Source: a virus (lineage: Duplodnaviria; Heunggongvirae; Uroviricota; Caudoviricetes). Taken from it: 64,000 bases of DNA. The stretch is from IMG/VR virus record IMGVR_UViG_3300033692_000022, one strand, 5' to 3'. This document shows, in pieces, positions 1 through 10,678 of this stretch. Position 1 is the stretch's first letter; the number at the start of each line of letters is the position of its first letter. The notes beneath the pieces are model-generated. The model was not told where the DNA came from and made no database searches. It worked only from the letters and a program-made list of their open reading frames with translations. The translations under genes were made by a program, and so were the position numbers.

Positions 1-4
1 AAAC

Positions 5-2392
5 ATGAAGTTTTATTACGGATCAGACGATTCTGAGATAGGAATAAATGTTTATCCTGCACTTCCTGAACCTAGTGAGAATGAAGACCACAAACTTGTA
101 AGTCTTGCAAGAACATTTCTTCTTGGCCAACCAACAACAGATGAACCAAATATGAGTTTCTATTTATTTAACCAGACTCCGTGGGATATATTCAATAAGC
201 TGGCCCTTGCGGTAGAGGATTTCGTTGTCAGTGCACAGCCTTTTGAAATGAGAAGTACACTTTACTATGGAAAATATGATTGGCCGTTTACTTATGGATA
301 TGGATACGATGGCGACTGGGTCAGTATAAATTCCGTAAGTGATATAAATACAAACAAAATATTACCAAAAAGAAAGACATTCCAGCAAGCACACTTTATA
401 AGCAGTGATTTAGATATTATTCATAACGGAATAAAAGCAAGCTCAAAAGATGTATATACCTATGCTATTCCCACATTTAAAGATGACTCATTCTTTACAT
501 TGGGACCAGAAAGCGAATCGGCAATGAAAGTGTTTGCAGATACAGATATAGACGAGCAGTACCAGAGACTGCTAAATGTTGAAACAGGTATACTGCATAA
601 AGGGATACTTCCTTATTTTTCAACAGATAAAATAGCAGAAAATATGGCAGCCTGTTCATTGAGGGACAGTCTTAAGGATATGTATAAAGGACAGATAACA
701 ATCATTGGAGATTCAAGTATAAAACCTCACGATTATATTTATCTTAACGACAGCTATAACTTCATGAATGGCCCGGTACTTGCCGAACAGGTTGTACATC
801 ACATGAGTATAGACACAGGTTTTATAACCAATATTACTCCCGACGCAGTAAGCCACGTCTCACCGTCCTCAATCAAGCCATATACAATGCTTGACGGTAT
901 ATTCGGTGTTACAGGCGTAATGACGACAATGGCCGCCTTAAGAGCCGTTTTAAGAGTTACAGACCCGGCCAGTATAGCCGAAAGATTTAGCAGACTGAAA
1001 AAGGGACTTGGTAGTTCTGGAACAGTAAAAAGTGCACTTGGTATAACAAATAGTGTAGGACGGAAAGTCAAGGAAGCTATAGAAGCTGCCGGTGGTAAAT
1101 TAAGCGGAAGTGAGATAGTAGAATCAATAAATAAATCTTTTGCAGATGAAATACTTCAGGCCGCTGAGGAAGGAACAGACCTACACAAAGTAGGCCTCGA
1201 CCTTAAGAAAGGATTAATCAACGTTAAAGAAGCTGGAGTAAAAGTAGCAGAATTTGCAGAGGATATGGATGATCTAAGACACATAAAGAATTTCTCATAC
1301 GCGGCAGAAAATTTGTCTAAGGTTACTTCCAAGGCTGGAGATGTTGCAGATGGAGCGGCAGATGCTGCTAGAATAACAAAGAGTCTATTCAAAGGATTTA
1401 AGTCTTCGACAAAAGTCGCCAAAGCTCTTAAATATATAGGTACATTTGGAATAATGATATTGGTCGAAGGAATGCAGGACTTATTCTTTAGATGGGCTAA
1501 AAACAGACAGCGTTGTATTATAATTCCACTTAAAAAGAACGGTAAAGAATTTAGTGCGGGGATTAAAGGACATCAGGGAATGGTCTGGGGAGAACCAAAA
1601 AGTATCTGGGATAAGGCAGTAAGTATCACAGGTAAGGCGATGGCACTACCTCCATTCTTCAATTTAAAAGGTTGGACTAATGATTATTACTCCCCTGGCA
1701 ATACTGAAGATGATAAAGATATAAGCGACATGTTTGGGGCGATCAAGGAATTCTTTAGGGACGATAAAAAGACCGGCGGTTATTACGACCCACCAAAAGA
1801 AGACGGAATAGTCCCTATGAGAAGAGATAGTTATTTTGATAGCGTAAAGGAAAAACAGGACAAAGAAGCTGAAGGATTTGCATTACATGACTATGAAGAA
1901 GTCAGAACAGGCAACTTTTATCAGTTCGAAAATGTAAGCAATAAAAAGGTAACAGCAAGAATGATAGAAGTTATGGATAGATTACAATCAGAACTAAGAC
2001 ATCTAGGGATAGATGAAGTAACAATCGATGCCGTTAATACTGACGATCTCTCATCTAAAATAGGTCATGACCCCTCAGTCTCTGTTGATGATAGTGAAGA
2101 ACCAAACTATACCAGAGGAAGTATAATCGGAGAGAGACCTGCCAGTCGTAATAAAGTTAATACTCATATAATAGGACCACATAAAACAGGGCAGGCTATA
2201 GATATAAAATACAGTACCGAAGAAGAAAAAGAAAGGCTAATAAGGGCTATTGAAAATACAGGTATAGGTAGAAAAGGTAAAAAAGTAGGCTCTTATTTTA
2301 TTAACGAACAGGAAGGTTATATCCAGATAGATTCAACTGGGCTATCTGAAAAAGGTAAGATAATAAACAACGATATAATAAGCGGGGGATGA
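5..2392 (+). CDS. Tail-associated protein (possible tape-measure C-terminal region or baseplate hub) with a putative C-terminal M15-like metallopeptidase motif. It may be 5'-partial: the reading frame is open to the window edge.
   Basis: 795-aa ORF directly upstream of the baseplate genes. It has a central coiled and hydrophobic segment (IGTFGIMILVEG). Near the C-terminus, THIIGPHKTGQAIDI fits the SxHxxGxAxD zinc-binding signature of VanY/M15 peptidases. Confidence 0.4.
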   Translation: MKFYYGSDDSEIGINVYPALPEPSENEDHKLVSLARTFLLGQPTTDEPNMSFYLFNQTPWDIFNKLALAVEDFVVSAQPFEMRSTLYYGKYDWPFTYGYGYDGDWVSINSVSDINTNKILPKRKTFQQAHFISSDLDIIHNGIKASSKDVYTYAIPTFKDDSFFTLGPESESAMKVFADTDIDEQYQRLLNVETGILHKGILPYFSTDKIAENMAACSLRDSLKDMYKGQITIIGDSSIKPHDYIYLNDSYNFMNGPVLAEQVVHHMSIDTGFITNITPDAVSHVSPSSIKPYTMLDGIFGVTGVMTTMAALRAVLRVTDPASIAERFSRLKKGLGSSGTVKSALGITNSVGRKVKEAIEAAGGKLSGSEIVESINKSFADEILQAAEEGTDLHKVGLDLKKGLINVKEAGVKVAEFAEDMDDLRHIKNFSYAAENLSKVTSKAGDVADGAADAARITKSLFKGFKSSTKVAKALKYIGTFGIMILVEGMQDLFFRWAKNRQRCIIIPLKKNGKEFSAGIKGHQGMVWGEPKSIWDKAVSITGKAMALPPFFNLKGWTNDYYSPGNTEDDKDISDMFGAIKEFFRDDKKTGGYYDPPKEDGIVPMRRDSYFDSVKEKQDKEAEGFALHDYEEVRTGNFYQFENVSNKKVTARMIEVMDRLQSELRHLGIDEVTIDAVNTDDLSSKIGHDPSVSVDDSEEPNYTRGSIIGERPASRNKVNTHIIGPHKTGQAIDIKYSTEEEKERLIRAIENTGIGRKGKKVGSYFINEQEGYIQIDSTGLSEKGKIINNDIISGG

Positions 2393-2396
2393 TAAA

Positions 2397-3263
2397 ATGG
2401 CAGATAATCCTTTAAGACAGGCAGTTAGAGATGTAATACGAGAAGAAATGAATAAAAATCTTGAGCCTCAGCTTGGAGTAATAAAAGAATACGACAATGA
2501 AGAAAATACTGCTGTTGTTAGTATTAGAGATACCAAAGCTAAAGGAGTTCGAGTTGCAAAAAATGTACCAGTAAGAATAATGAATGGAGTAGTAGATTAT
2601 GATCTAAAATCTGGAGACCAGGTGTTAGTAGAGTTTCATTCTGGTTCTCCAGATGCCCCCTATGTCTCTCAGATATTTGATGAAGATTATGCAACGAACA
2701 CGAGAGAAAATAGAAAGGCACCAGAAGATGCACCCAAGACAGATAGCAGCTTAAACTCTGGCAGTTATGAAGACAAAGAAGAAAAAAGATATATGGAAAA
2801 TGGACGGGTGGGGATAATCCACCCACAGCATAAATCTACCTACAGAATAGATAATACAAGCGGAGATGCCGAGATAATAGCCTCTAAAAATATTACCGAT
2901 CAGGAAGACTCAATAGCAAGAGCTGTAATGAGAGTTATGTCTAAAGGAACAATAGAATCTATAGCAGGCAGAGTAACAAATCACACAGCAGAATATAACA
3001 TCTATACAGACGAAAATAAATTTCACATAAATGACTACCCAATCAATGAAAAGATGGCTGAGGAGAACAACAAGTTCAGAGAAAGCATACTGATAAATAG
3101 GTTAGAAATAGACAGGCTAGAGGCAGCCATACAGGAGCTTCCAGGTGCTCAAGGTATAAAACTATACTCAGAAGCTACCTACGGGAGAAAGCGTACTGGA
3201 GACCTTAGAGACCTTGCTAAAAGAGCAGAAGAAATAGTATCAAAATACTTACCAGAATTGTAG
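2397..3263 (+). CDS. Putative baseplate spike / assembly protein (gpV-like position)
   Basis: 288-aa ORF immediately 5' of the gp25-like and J-like genes, with an AGGGGGATGA ribosome-binding site context. An OB-like N-terminal stretch (VVSIRDTKAKGVRVAKNVPVRIMNG) is typical of P2 gpV-type spikes. The call rests on position and weak motif only. Confidence 0.3.
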   Translation: MADNPLRQAVRDVIREEMNKNLEPQLGVIKEYDNEENTAVVSIRDTKAKGVRVAKNVPVRIMNGVVDYDLKSGDQVLVEFHSGSPDAPYVSQIFDEDYATNTRENRKAPEDAPKTDSSLNSGSYEDKEEKRYMENGRVGIIHPQHKSTYRIDNTSGDAEIIASKNITDQEDSIARAVMRVMSKGTIESIAGRVTNHTAEYNIYTDENKFHINDYPINEKMAEENNKFRESILINRLEIDRLEAAIQELPGAQGIKLYSEATYGRKRTGDLRDLAKRAEEIVSKYLPEL

Positions 3264-3272
3264 GTGAAGTAA

Positions 3273-3707
3273 ATGGGAGAATACAACAAAAAAGATATCA
3301 AGTTAAGTAAAGCTGGCGATATAGAACTTGAGGCTACAGCAGAAGATGAAGATGGTAACCCTCTCTATGATTTTAAGATGACCTCTGATACTGAGTCTTT
3401 AGAGCAGGATATATACAATAGAATAAAAACAAACTCTCCAGACTGGGAACTACACCCAGAAATAGGTGGGAACCTTGAAGATATAATAGGAGAAAAGAAC
3501 ACACAGGAAGTAGCACAGATTGCCGAGGACCAGCTAAGAAAGACTCTAACCTATGATAACAGAATAAAAACAGATGACCTTGAGGTATATGGAATCCCAA
3601 CCGACTACGATGAAGTAACATTTTATATAAAAGTACAGGTAGATAGTGTAAGTGAGCCTATAGTTATTCCAATACCATTCAACTTTATCAGGGGAATGTT
3701 AGAATAA
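3273..3707 (+). CDS. Baseplate wedge protein, gp25 / GPW-like
   Basis: 144 aa, matching the size and conserved pattern of the GPW_gp25 family (DIYNRIKTNSPDWELHPEIGGNLEDII...DQLRKTLTYDNRIKTDDLEV). It sits between the spike-like and J-like genes. Confidence 0.55.
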   Translation: MGEYNKKDIKLSKAGDIELEATAEDEDGNPLYDFKMTSDTESLEQDIYNRIKTNSPDWELHPEIGGNLEDIIGEKNTQEVAQIAEDQLRKTLTYDNRIKTDDLEVYGIPTDYDEVTFYIKVQVDSVSEPIVIPIPFNFIRGMLE

Positions 3708-3720
3708 AAGGAGGAAGAAA

Positions 3721-4539
3721 ATGCTAGAAAAAAAGACATATAATGAATTAATGGATGAAGCCCTTTATCTTATTCCTAGAAATACTGATATTACAAATGT
3801 GAACCCGGGCGGAATAGCAAGAAGTCTTTTAGAGATACAAAATAGACAGCTTGCTAAATACTATGACACTCTTGAGGTAAATCATGCTTTGGGATTCCTT
3901 TCAGAAACTAAGGGTGAATACCTTGATCTGATAGGTCAAATGATGGACTGTCAAAGAGAGCCAGAAGAGGGCGACGAAAATTACAGGTACAGGATAAGCC
4001 AGAAGGTAAATACAGCAGCTAAAGCAAATAAGATGGCTATTAGACTTGGATGTTTAAGTGTAGATGGAGTAAGAGATATAAAGATGAAACGATGGGTGCA
4101 GGGCACGGGTTCTTTTGCAGTTTATGTAATATCTGAAGAAGGAATAGTATCAGACGAGCTATTAGAGAGAGTACAGAAAAAGATAGATGAAGTACAGGCC
4201 TATGGCAACAAGGGTATAGCCGTCAAGCCCAATGAAATAAAACTTGAGATGAAAGTGCGTATAACCTATTCTTCAGATACCACTGAGGTAGAAAAAAGAA
4301 ATGTGGCCCTAGATGCAAGAAGAAACTTAAGAAAGTATATACAGAACTTAAGTATAGGTGAGGACTTAATAATAAACGAAGCCATAGAACGTGTAATGAA
4401 CACCAGTAATCAGATTAAAAATATGAATATCTACCATTTATCACTTAGAGGTAGGCCAGTATTGCTCAGTGATCAGACAGTTTACTGGGATGAGATAATA
4501 GTAGAATCAGATAAACCCAATTCAGTATATGTAAGCTAA
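3721..4539 (+). CDS. Baseplate J-like protein
   Basis: The N-terminal region (DEALYLIPRNTDITNVNPGGIARSLLEIQNRQLAKYYDTLEVNHALGFLSETKGEYLDLIG) matches the Baseplate_J family signature. Strong ribosome-binding site AAGGAGGAAGAAAATG. Confidence 0.6.
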   Translation: MLEKKTYNELMDEALYLIPRNTDITNVNPGGIARSLLEIQNRQLAKYYDTLEVNHALGFLSETKGEYLDLIGQMMDCQREPEEGDENYRYRISQKVNTAAKANKMAIRLGCLSVDGVRDIKMKRWVQGTGSFAVYVISEEGIVSDELLERVQKKIDEVQAYGNKGIAVKPNEIKLEMKVRITYSSDTTEVEKRNVALDARRNLRKYIQNLSIGEDLIINEAIERVMNTSNQIKNMNIYHLSLRGRPVLLSDQTVYWDEIIVESDKPNSVYVS

Positions 4540-4634
4540 TTTTAGAATAGATGAAAATTATTAGGGAAATAGGGTAAATCACTGTCAAAAAGACCCTTAA
4601 AACAGGTATTATATATATAGAGGTACTTTTAATA

Positions 4635-6035
4635 GTGCGTAACTTAAAGGAGAGGTATATCTTGTCTTATAATATTAATTATCCTTATTCAGATAAAACT
4701 CAAGAGATGTTCGATTATCTACCCAGCTGGATGGAGATGGCCAAAGAAAAAGAGTCTTCCGCACAGCAATTTATGAATTTCTTTGGGTTGAAATTTGAAG
4801 AGATGGATGAAATTTTAGAAGAATTATTAAATAATAGAATACTTGTTACAAATAGCACCGAACAGCCCGACATTATATACAAGATCGACCTCCCTTCGAT
4901 ATATATTGAAAGTAGCGAGGTTGAGATAAAAGGGGCTGGAAGAATATTAGAAGAAAAGAATGAGCTCAAAGAATTTTATAATACTGACGACTCATATATT
5001 ATAGATACGGAAAAGAATATAGCATACATCAGAAATTCTTATGGCGGCGAAGATACAGGTAAAGTAAATGTAAGCATATACAATAAATCAGAACTGGTCT
5101 TTGAAGAAGAAATAGAACTGAGAGTACACCATGTATGGAACTCATTAGACGAGTTCGGATTACTGCTTAACTTACCAAGAAACCACAATGAAGATAATGT
5201 ATCCTACAAAAAGAGACTGCTAAATGTATTTAGGTACCTGCCTAATTCGACAAAAAGCGGATTAACATATGGTATTTCAAATTCACTCGAGCTTATTAAA
5301 ACTATAGAGTGGCCAAATGATGATGTTGCTATTGAGATACAGGGAACACAGATACTTAAAAGTACCATAAAAGTAAATGGCAAAAATGTAGAAGAAGAAA
5401 ATATAACTAAGCTGGATAATGATAGATACAAGATAGACCCAGTTAATACTGGTTCAGAAAGTATTGTAACATATATCTGCGGAGTAGAGCTGCATTCACT
5501 CAGTGATAAAAAAGACGAAAAGTTCCAGAACCAACTCTATAAGACAAATAAGACGGCCACAAATAAATTAAAGTATTATGTAAATAGAATTACTGATGAT
5601 ATCCCTATTATGTGGGGATCGTTCTTATGGGACAGGGGCTGGTGGGACCCAGCAGAAAAGAACCTATTCGGTATAGATTTTCTACCGTCAATCTGGGATC
5701 CAAATGTAGAGAACTGGAAATACTTCGAAGAAGATGAAAAACAGCCTCTCGACGTAGAAGGCATGGAACACTTTATGTTCTCAAGTTACTGGGACGAAAG
5801 CCAGTACAACGGCAGACTGGGATTCAATAAAGGTAAACTATATGGTATACCTGTAGGAGAATTTACTTTTTCGGACGATGGTGGAAAAACTGATTACGAT
5901 TTAACTTCTGGCTTTGACAAGGGAGAACTTACAGATACTGAAGTAGAAGAGTTTTCTTTTTCAGATGATATAGCAGAAGTCCAATACAGCATGAAAAAAG
6001 GATTTAACTATGGATACTTCAGAGAGGAGGATTAG
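4635..6035 (+). CDS. Baseplate / tail-fiber-associated protein (gpI-position)
   Basis: 466-aa ORF between baseplate J and the first giant fiber. No recognisable catalytic motif; assignment is by synteny only. Confidence 0.3.
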   Translation: MRNLKERYILSYNINYPYSDKTQEMFDYLPSWMEMAKEKESSAQQFMNFFGLKFEEMDEILEELLNNRILVTNSTEQPDIIYKIDLPSIYIESSEVEIKGAGRILEEKNELKEFYNTDDSYIIDTEKNIAYIRNSYGGEDTGKVNVSIYNKSELVFEEEIELRVHHVWNSLDEFGLLLNLPRNHNEDNVSYKKRLLNVFRYLPNSTKSGLTYGISNSLELIKTIEWPNDDVAIEIQGTQILKSTIKVNGKNVEEENITKLDNDRYKIDPVNTGSESIVTYICGVELHSLSDKKDEKFQNQLYKTNKTATNKLKYYVNRITDDIPIMWGSFLWDRGWWDPAEKNLFGIDFLPSIWDPNVENWKYFEEDEKQPLDVEGMEHFMFSSYWDESQYNGRLGFNKGKLYGIPVGEFTFSDDGGKTDYDLTSGFDKGELTDTEVEEFSFSDDIAEVQYSMKKGFNYGYFREED

Positions 6036-6040
6036 CATAG

Positions 6041-9000
6041 ATGACAAAACGACTTAAGGCTTTTCAGTCAGGAATAGGAGACAATGAAGATCTATTCCCA
6101 AAAGCACCAGAAAGCTCAAATATTGTAGAAGAATTTAGTTACTATTTAAGATTAAAAGGAACAAAAATAAATAATAGGGCAACGTTCCCTGAAGCAGAAT
6201 TCAACGCTATGCTAACTCTCCATGCAAATCAAAAACAGGCTAATCACCCAGAAGAAAGTTATAATATTTTACTTAAGGGATATCCTGTTTTTAGAGTAGA
6301 CTATGAGGTAAAAGCTAAGGCAAGGCATAATCCTGCTACTTTTAAGTATAAAATTGGAGTTAAAACTGGCCAATGGTACAGGGAAACAGGAGAAAAGACC
6401 GGGCAGACAGTAAAAGATGGTCATTTTTATAAGTCTTCTAATAGTAGGGTAGAAGATATAATAACTTCAGATTCCAATATCCCCTCTGATGTATTCGGAG
6501 GTTCTTATACCGTTAAGAGCATAGCAATTATGGAATCAGGAACCAATAATACAAGCATCATAATATTCAGCCAAGATGGTGAGAATAAAATAGATAGTTC
6601 GGACACTAACGCTATCAGAGATAGTTATGTATATTCAAAGGGAAGTGTATATACTGGAGATATATATGAGCACAAGGGCTCATTCACGAGATCAGTAACC
6701 AAAAGAGATGGCCAGATTGATCTAGGTACTATTTTAAATCACAGCTTCCCAGAGCCGCCGGCCGGACAAACAGTAGACTACGAGATAATAGATAACTCCT
6801 TCCACAGAAATCACATCAACTTAAGATTCTCAAACGGCAGCAGCCAAACAACCAACCACAACAACAATATATTACTGGATACAGATTATTACATGACTAA
6901 AAGAATAACAGGAGACGTTAAATACGGAGAGCCAGCTTCTATAAAAATAGATTCAAAAAATGGATGGAACAGGTCTATACCTAATCCTAGTGGATTAAGC
7001 AGGCCAGATAGATTTTTGATAGAAAAAGACGACCAGTCAAGTAGTGGCTATATAAAAAGTAACTTTGGATTATCATCTTCTGCTTCCATCACAAAATTTT
7101 CGACATACAACGATGACGTTGATGATAGGTTTACTGATACAGACTACAAAATAGATGACTCACTGATAATAAAATCTACTCATGAAAACTATGTAGATGG
7201 AGCCTGGGTATCTAACCCTAGATTCTTTAATGGATTTGTAAACGGAGATGGACCATTGTGGATGAGAAAACCATATAAAGCAACGATAGAAATAAGCAGA
7301 CCGAAAAAAGTCGCAGAAGAAGATAAAGAATACTATATTATCGATTACGATATAATTAGTCTTGATTATTACAATTATAGGGGCAGCTACAAAATACCGG
7401 CCAGTATATATCCTGAGACCATAAAAGTCAAGTTGGAAATTATTTCCTATGAATATGACTATGATGGGGCACTAGATGATGACGGTGTTGATATTTACTT
7501 CGATGATCTAACAACAGAAAGAGACTTAGATAACGGGATACACGAAAATATAACTGTAAAATCTCAAACCTCGATAGAGGAAAATATTGAAAGAGAATGG
7601 ATATCTCCTGCTTTAAGTTATGACAAAATAAATATCAGACAGGGCGAGTCATATGATAGAGACTTACCAGATTACGGAGAATTCAATATACCAGATGATG
7701 TTGAACCTCCTTTCGATTATATTCTTGATTATGATAATCAAAACATCAATGCTGAAATAAATAATGGCGTGGTTTCCGCTTATGTTAGGAAATCAAACAA
7801 CTGGCCACTCAATATCCATAACGGTTATTATTATTTAAACCAAAAAGAAAATTACCTATATGCTAATAAAAAAGAAGTAGAGGTAAAAGATGTTGGTACA
7901 GACGTAGAAGATAGATATGAATTCAAACTCTCTTCTACTTGCGAAAGATCATTTAATGTACCAGAAAGTAAAGTAATAGAAGTAGATAGCAAGAGTGACT
8001 TCGAAAACAACAAAATAGCATCGAATATAGATCTAAAAACAGAAGAGGGAATAGCAAAATTAGCTGTAAATCCTTCTAGTAATGTTAAATATAGTTTCGC
8101 AGATGGCATGGATATAATTGACATGGCCATAGATTATGAAAGAAGCCAGATCATAGCAGGAACAGGTTTAAGCGGTTTAATAATATATGACTATTACAAT
8201 AAGGAAAAAGTTGCTCAATTAGATCATACTAACAGTCCTTTAAAAGATAGGCCAATATCTTCAGTAGCATACAGCAACGGTAGAATAGCAGTAGGTTATG
8301 AAGAAGATGGAGTAATTGTTATAGGCTCAGAAAATTATAGCAAGCTGGCAGAATATACCGATGAATCAGAGTTGAATCTTTACTGGCGTAATGGTAACAA
8401 AATAAGAGATTTATATTTAACTGACCAGTATTTGATTATAGGTAGTGGATACGGCGGCGGAATAGCCGTAATAGACTTCTCTACTAATATGATTGAATAC
8501 TACAGGACAAATGGTTATGAGGACTATATAACATCAATAGACTTTGATGGTGAATACATCTATGCTTCTTATAGTTACAGCTCTGGATTCAATAGTGGGA
8601 TAATTAAATGGACCTTTAAAGATGTCGATCCAGATAACACAGAAGAAATATATAGAGATACATCTACCTATCCTATAGTAGTAGATATCAAAGCTAAAGA
8701 CGGCAAGATATATGCAGCAAAAAGAGACGACAAGAAAGCACTAATAATAGATGAAAACGGAGAGATAGAAGAAATAGCAAGTCCAGATGGTACTCATTTA
8801 ATATGCGTAGATGTAGACAGTGATTACCTGTATCTTGGAACAATGTCCGGTGTTTACTTATATAATTTCGAGCACCAGGTAATAGAACAGGAAATAAATA
8901 ATATAGTAGATTTCGGTCTTGGTAATAATGCAAACTCCATAATCAAAGAAAAGGACAAGCTATTCGTTGGTACTGTAAATGGTATTGCAGAGTTAGGAAA

Positions 9001-10666
9001 GAAATATGAAAGTTACGGAGAGATGTTATCAGAAATCTATGACCTAAGTAGTGATGTTGCCGATATAGATGCAATAACATTTGATTCTATAGAGGAAGGT
9101 GGCACAAGGATAGTAGTTACAGCAAGAACTTCAGATGATATGGAGAACTGGTCTAACTGGGAGCTAAAGCCCCCTAAAAATAGATACTACCAGTTTAAAG
9201 TTGAAATGTGGAGTGATGATGCTTTAGATAACAGAATAACTCCTAAGCTGGATAAAATAACTATTCAGTATTACAAATCAGAAGACCGTACAGAAATGGT
9301 TGATATAGATACTGATCCTATTAAGTTTATAATCAGGCAGGACTCAAGATACCATCAGCTATTTAATGATACAGCAGAAGAAATATTAAAAGAACACATA
9401 GAAAATAAAACTGACTACTCTATTGATAAACTCGTTATTAAAGATATTAGAGCGGAAGAAATAAGCCCAAATATAGAGGTTGAAATACAGGATAATATAA
9501 TCTATGCAAAAACAATCTTTAACCAGGACGACAGTAATATTGACTTCATATTAAATGAGGTGCCACAACAGGGTAGCCCTATAATAGTAACAGACCTTGA
9601 GACCGGTAATAAACTTAGAGCTGTAAAATTCCAGAACGAATTCGGACAGTACTCAATAATGAAAACTGAAACCCTTGAAATAACAAAAAATAGTACTGTA
9701 ATCGCCTCGTTTACTGACATAAAAGATGTTGTAGCTTACGACCTTGATGGTGATTTACTGGATGTATCTGGTGTAGATGAAAATGAAGTTACTGTATACA
9801 AGGGAAGAGACAGCCTACCAAAAGGACAAAAAATAGAGCTATCATATATCTTGAGAGATTCATTCATAGCAGATCAAAACTTCGGAGAAGAACAGACGAG
9901 GTTTACCTTTTCAAGAAAGTACGAGAATATAAAAATCGAATATGAAGGAAGTAAATTTAGTAAATTCTACAGCGCCGAAGAGGTAGAGTTAAACCCGATA
10001 TTCAGTCCTTATGTCAATGGATTTAGTTATATAAGCGAAGATAAAAAAGACCCATTCTATTTAAAGTTGGAAGTGTCTCCAGAATGGACATTCTTCGGAG
10101 TAGAAGAAAACATATCAGTATTCTGTATGATAACAGACATATTGGGTAACCCTATACAAAACCACGGCATAGAATTATTCACAAATACCGGCAGCATAGA
10201 AGTAGAAAATGAGAGTAAGACAGATCAATACGGAGTCGTTAGGGGCATATTAAAACCAGACGATGAAGCCAGACGAATTACAGTAACAGCAAGAGTAGAC
10301 GGTACAACACTAACTGAAAGCAAAAGTGTTAACGTAATCGAGGATAAGACCCCTGATTATTACTTGTTCGTAAACTCAGATACAGACCTTCTTGCTACTA
10401 CCGATGGTGATGACCTACAGGAAACACTGGTCAAGGCAAGGCTTGTTGATGAGAAATGGAACCCAGTATATGATGAAGAGATAATGTTTAATATAGTAAG
10501 CGGAAGAGGCTCAATATCTGGGAGGAAAAGAACAAATAATGCTGGAGTTGCTACTGCAGTTTACACATCGGGAAGCAATAGCGGAATATCAACTATAAAG
10601 GCAACAGCAGAAATAAACACAAAATACTATTCTGACACAAAAGAGATAGAAGTAATAGATATATAA
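6041..10666 (+). CDS. Giant tail fiber / adhesin (1541 aa) with beta-propeller-like repeats and a C-terminal bacterial Ig-like (Big_1-type) domain
   Basis: Sits in the P2 gpH position. The central region carries repeated strand motifs (IAVGYEEDGVIVIG, YLIIGSGYGGGIAVIDF, YIYASYSYSSG). The C-terminus (ARLVDEKWNPVYDEEIMFNIVSGRGSISGRKRTNNAGVATAVYTSGSNSGISTIKATAEI) resembles invasin/intimin Ig-like domains. Confidence 0.5.
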   Translation: MTKRLKAFQSGIGDNEDLFPKAPESSNIVEEFSYYLRLKGTKINNRATFPEAEFNAMLTLHANQKQANHPEESYNILLKGYPVFRVDYEVKAKARHNPATFKYKIGVKTGQWYRETGEKTGQTVKDGHFYKSSNSRVEDIITSDSNIPSDVFGGSYTVKSIAIMESGTNNTSIIIFSQDGENKIDSSDTNAIRDSYVYSKGSVYTGDIYEHKGSFTRSVTKRDGQIDLGTILNHSFPEPPAGQTVDYEIIDNSFHRNHINLRFSNGSSQTTNHNNNILLDTDYYMTKRITGDVKYGEPASIKIDSKNGWNRSIPNPSGLSRPDRFLIEKDDQSSSGYIKSNFGLSSSASITKFSTYNDDVDDRFTDTDYKIDDSLIIKSTHENYVDGAWVSNPRFFNGFVNGDGPLWMRKPYKATIEISRPKKVAEEDKEYYIIDYDIISLDYYNYRGSYKIPASIYPETIKVKLEIISYEYDYDGALDDDGVDIYFDDLTTERDLDNGIHENITVKSQTSIEENIEREWISPALSYDKINIRQGESYDRDLPDYGEFNIPDDVEPPFDYILDYDNQNINAEINNGVVSAYVRKSNNWPLNIHNGYYYLNQKENYLYANKKEVEVKDVGTDVEDRYEFKLSSTCERSFNVPESKVIEVDSKSDFENNKIASNIDLKTEEGIAKLAVNPSSNVKYSFADGMDIIDMAIDYERSQIIAGTGLSGLIIYDYYNKEKVAQLDHTNSPLKDRPISSVAYSNGRIAVGYEEDGVIVIGSENYSKLAEYTDESELNLYWRNGNKIRDLYLTDQYLIIGSGYGGGIAVIDFSTNMIEYYRTNGYEDYITSIDFDGEYIYASYSYSSGFNSGIIKWTFKDVDPDNTEEIYRDTSTYPIVVDIKAKDGKIYAAKRDDKKALIIDENGEIEEIASPDGTHLICVDVDSDYLYLGTMSGVYLYNFEHQVIEQEINNIVDFGLGNNANSIIKEKDKLFVGTVNGIAELGKKYESYGEMLSEIYDLSSDVADIDAITFDSIEEGGTRIVVTARTSDDMENWSNWELKPPKNRYYQFKVEMWSDDALDNRITPKLDKITIQYYKSEDRTEMVDIDTDPIKFIIRQDSRYHQLFNDTAEEILKEHIENKTDYSIDKLVIKDIRAEEISPNIEVEIQDNIIYAKTIFNQDDSNIDFILNEVPQQGSPIIVTDLETGNKLRAVKFQNEFGQYSIMKTETLEITKNSTVIASFTDIKDVVAYDLDGDLLDVSGVDENEVTVYKGRDSLPKGQKIELSYILRDSFIADQNFGEEQTRFTFSRKYENIKIEYEGSKFSKFYSAEEVELNPIFSPYVNGFSYISEDKKDPFYLKLEVSPEWTFFGVEENISVFCMITDILGNPIQNHGIELFTNTGSIEVENESKTDQYGVVRGILKPDDEARRITVTARVDGTTLTESKSVNVIEDKTPDYYLFVNSDTDLLATTDGDDLQETLVKARLVDEKWNPVYDEEIMFNIVSGRGSISGRKRTNNAGVATAVYTSGSNSGISTIKATAEINTKYYSDTKEIEVIDI

Positions 10667-10678
10667 GGAGGGAAGTAG

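Noticed and set aside
799-1422. Minus-strand ORFs 799..1071 and 1156..1422
   Set aside because: Both are antisense within the 795-aa + strand ORF and their products are low complexity. They are spurious.
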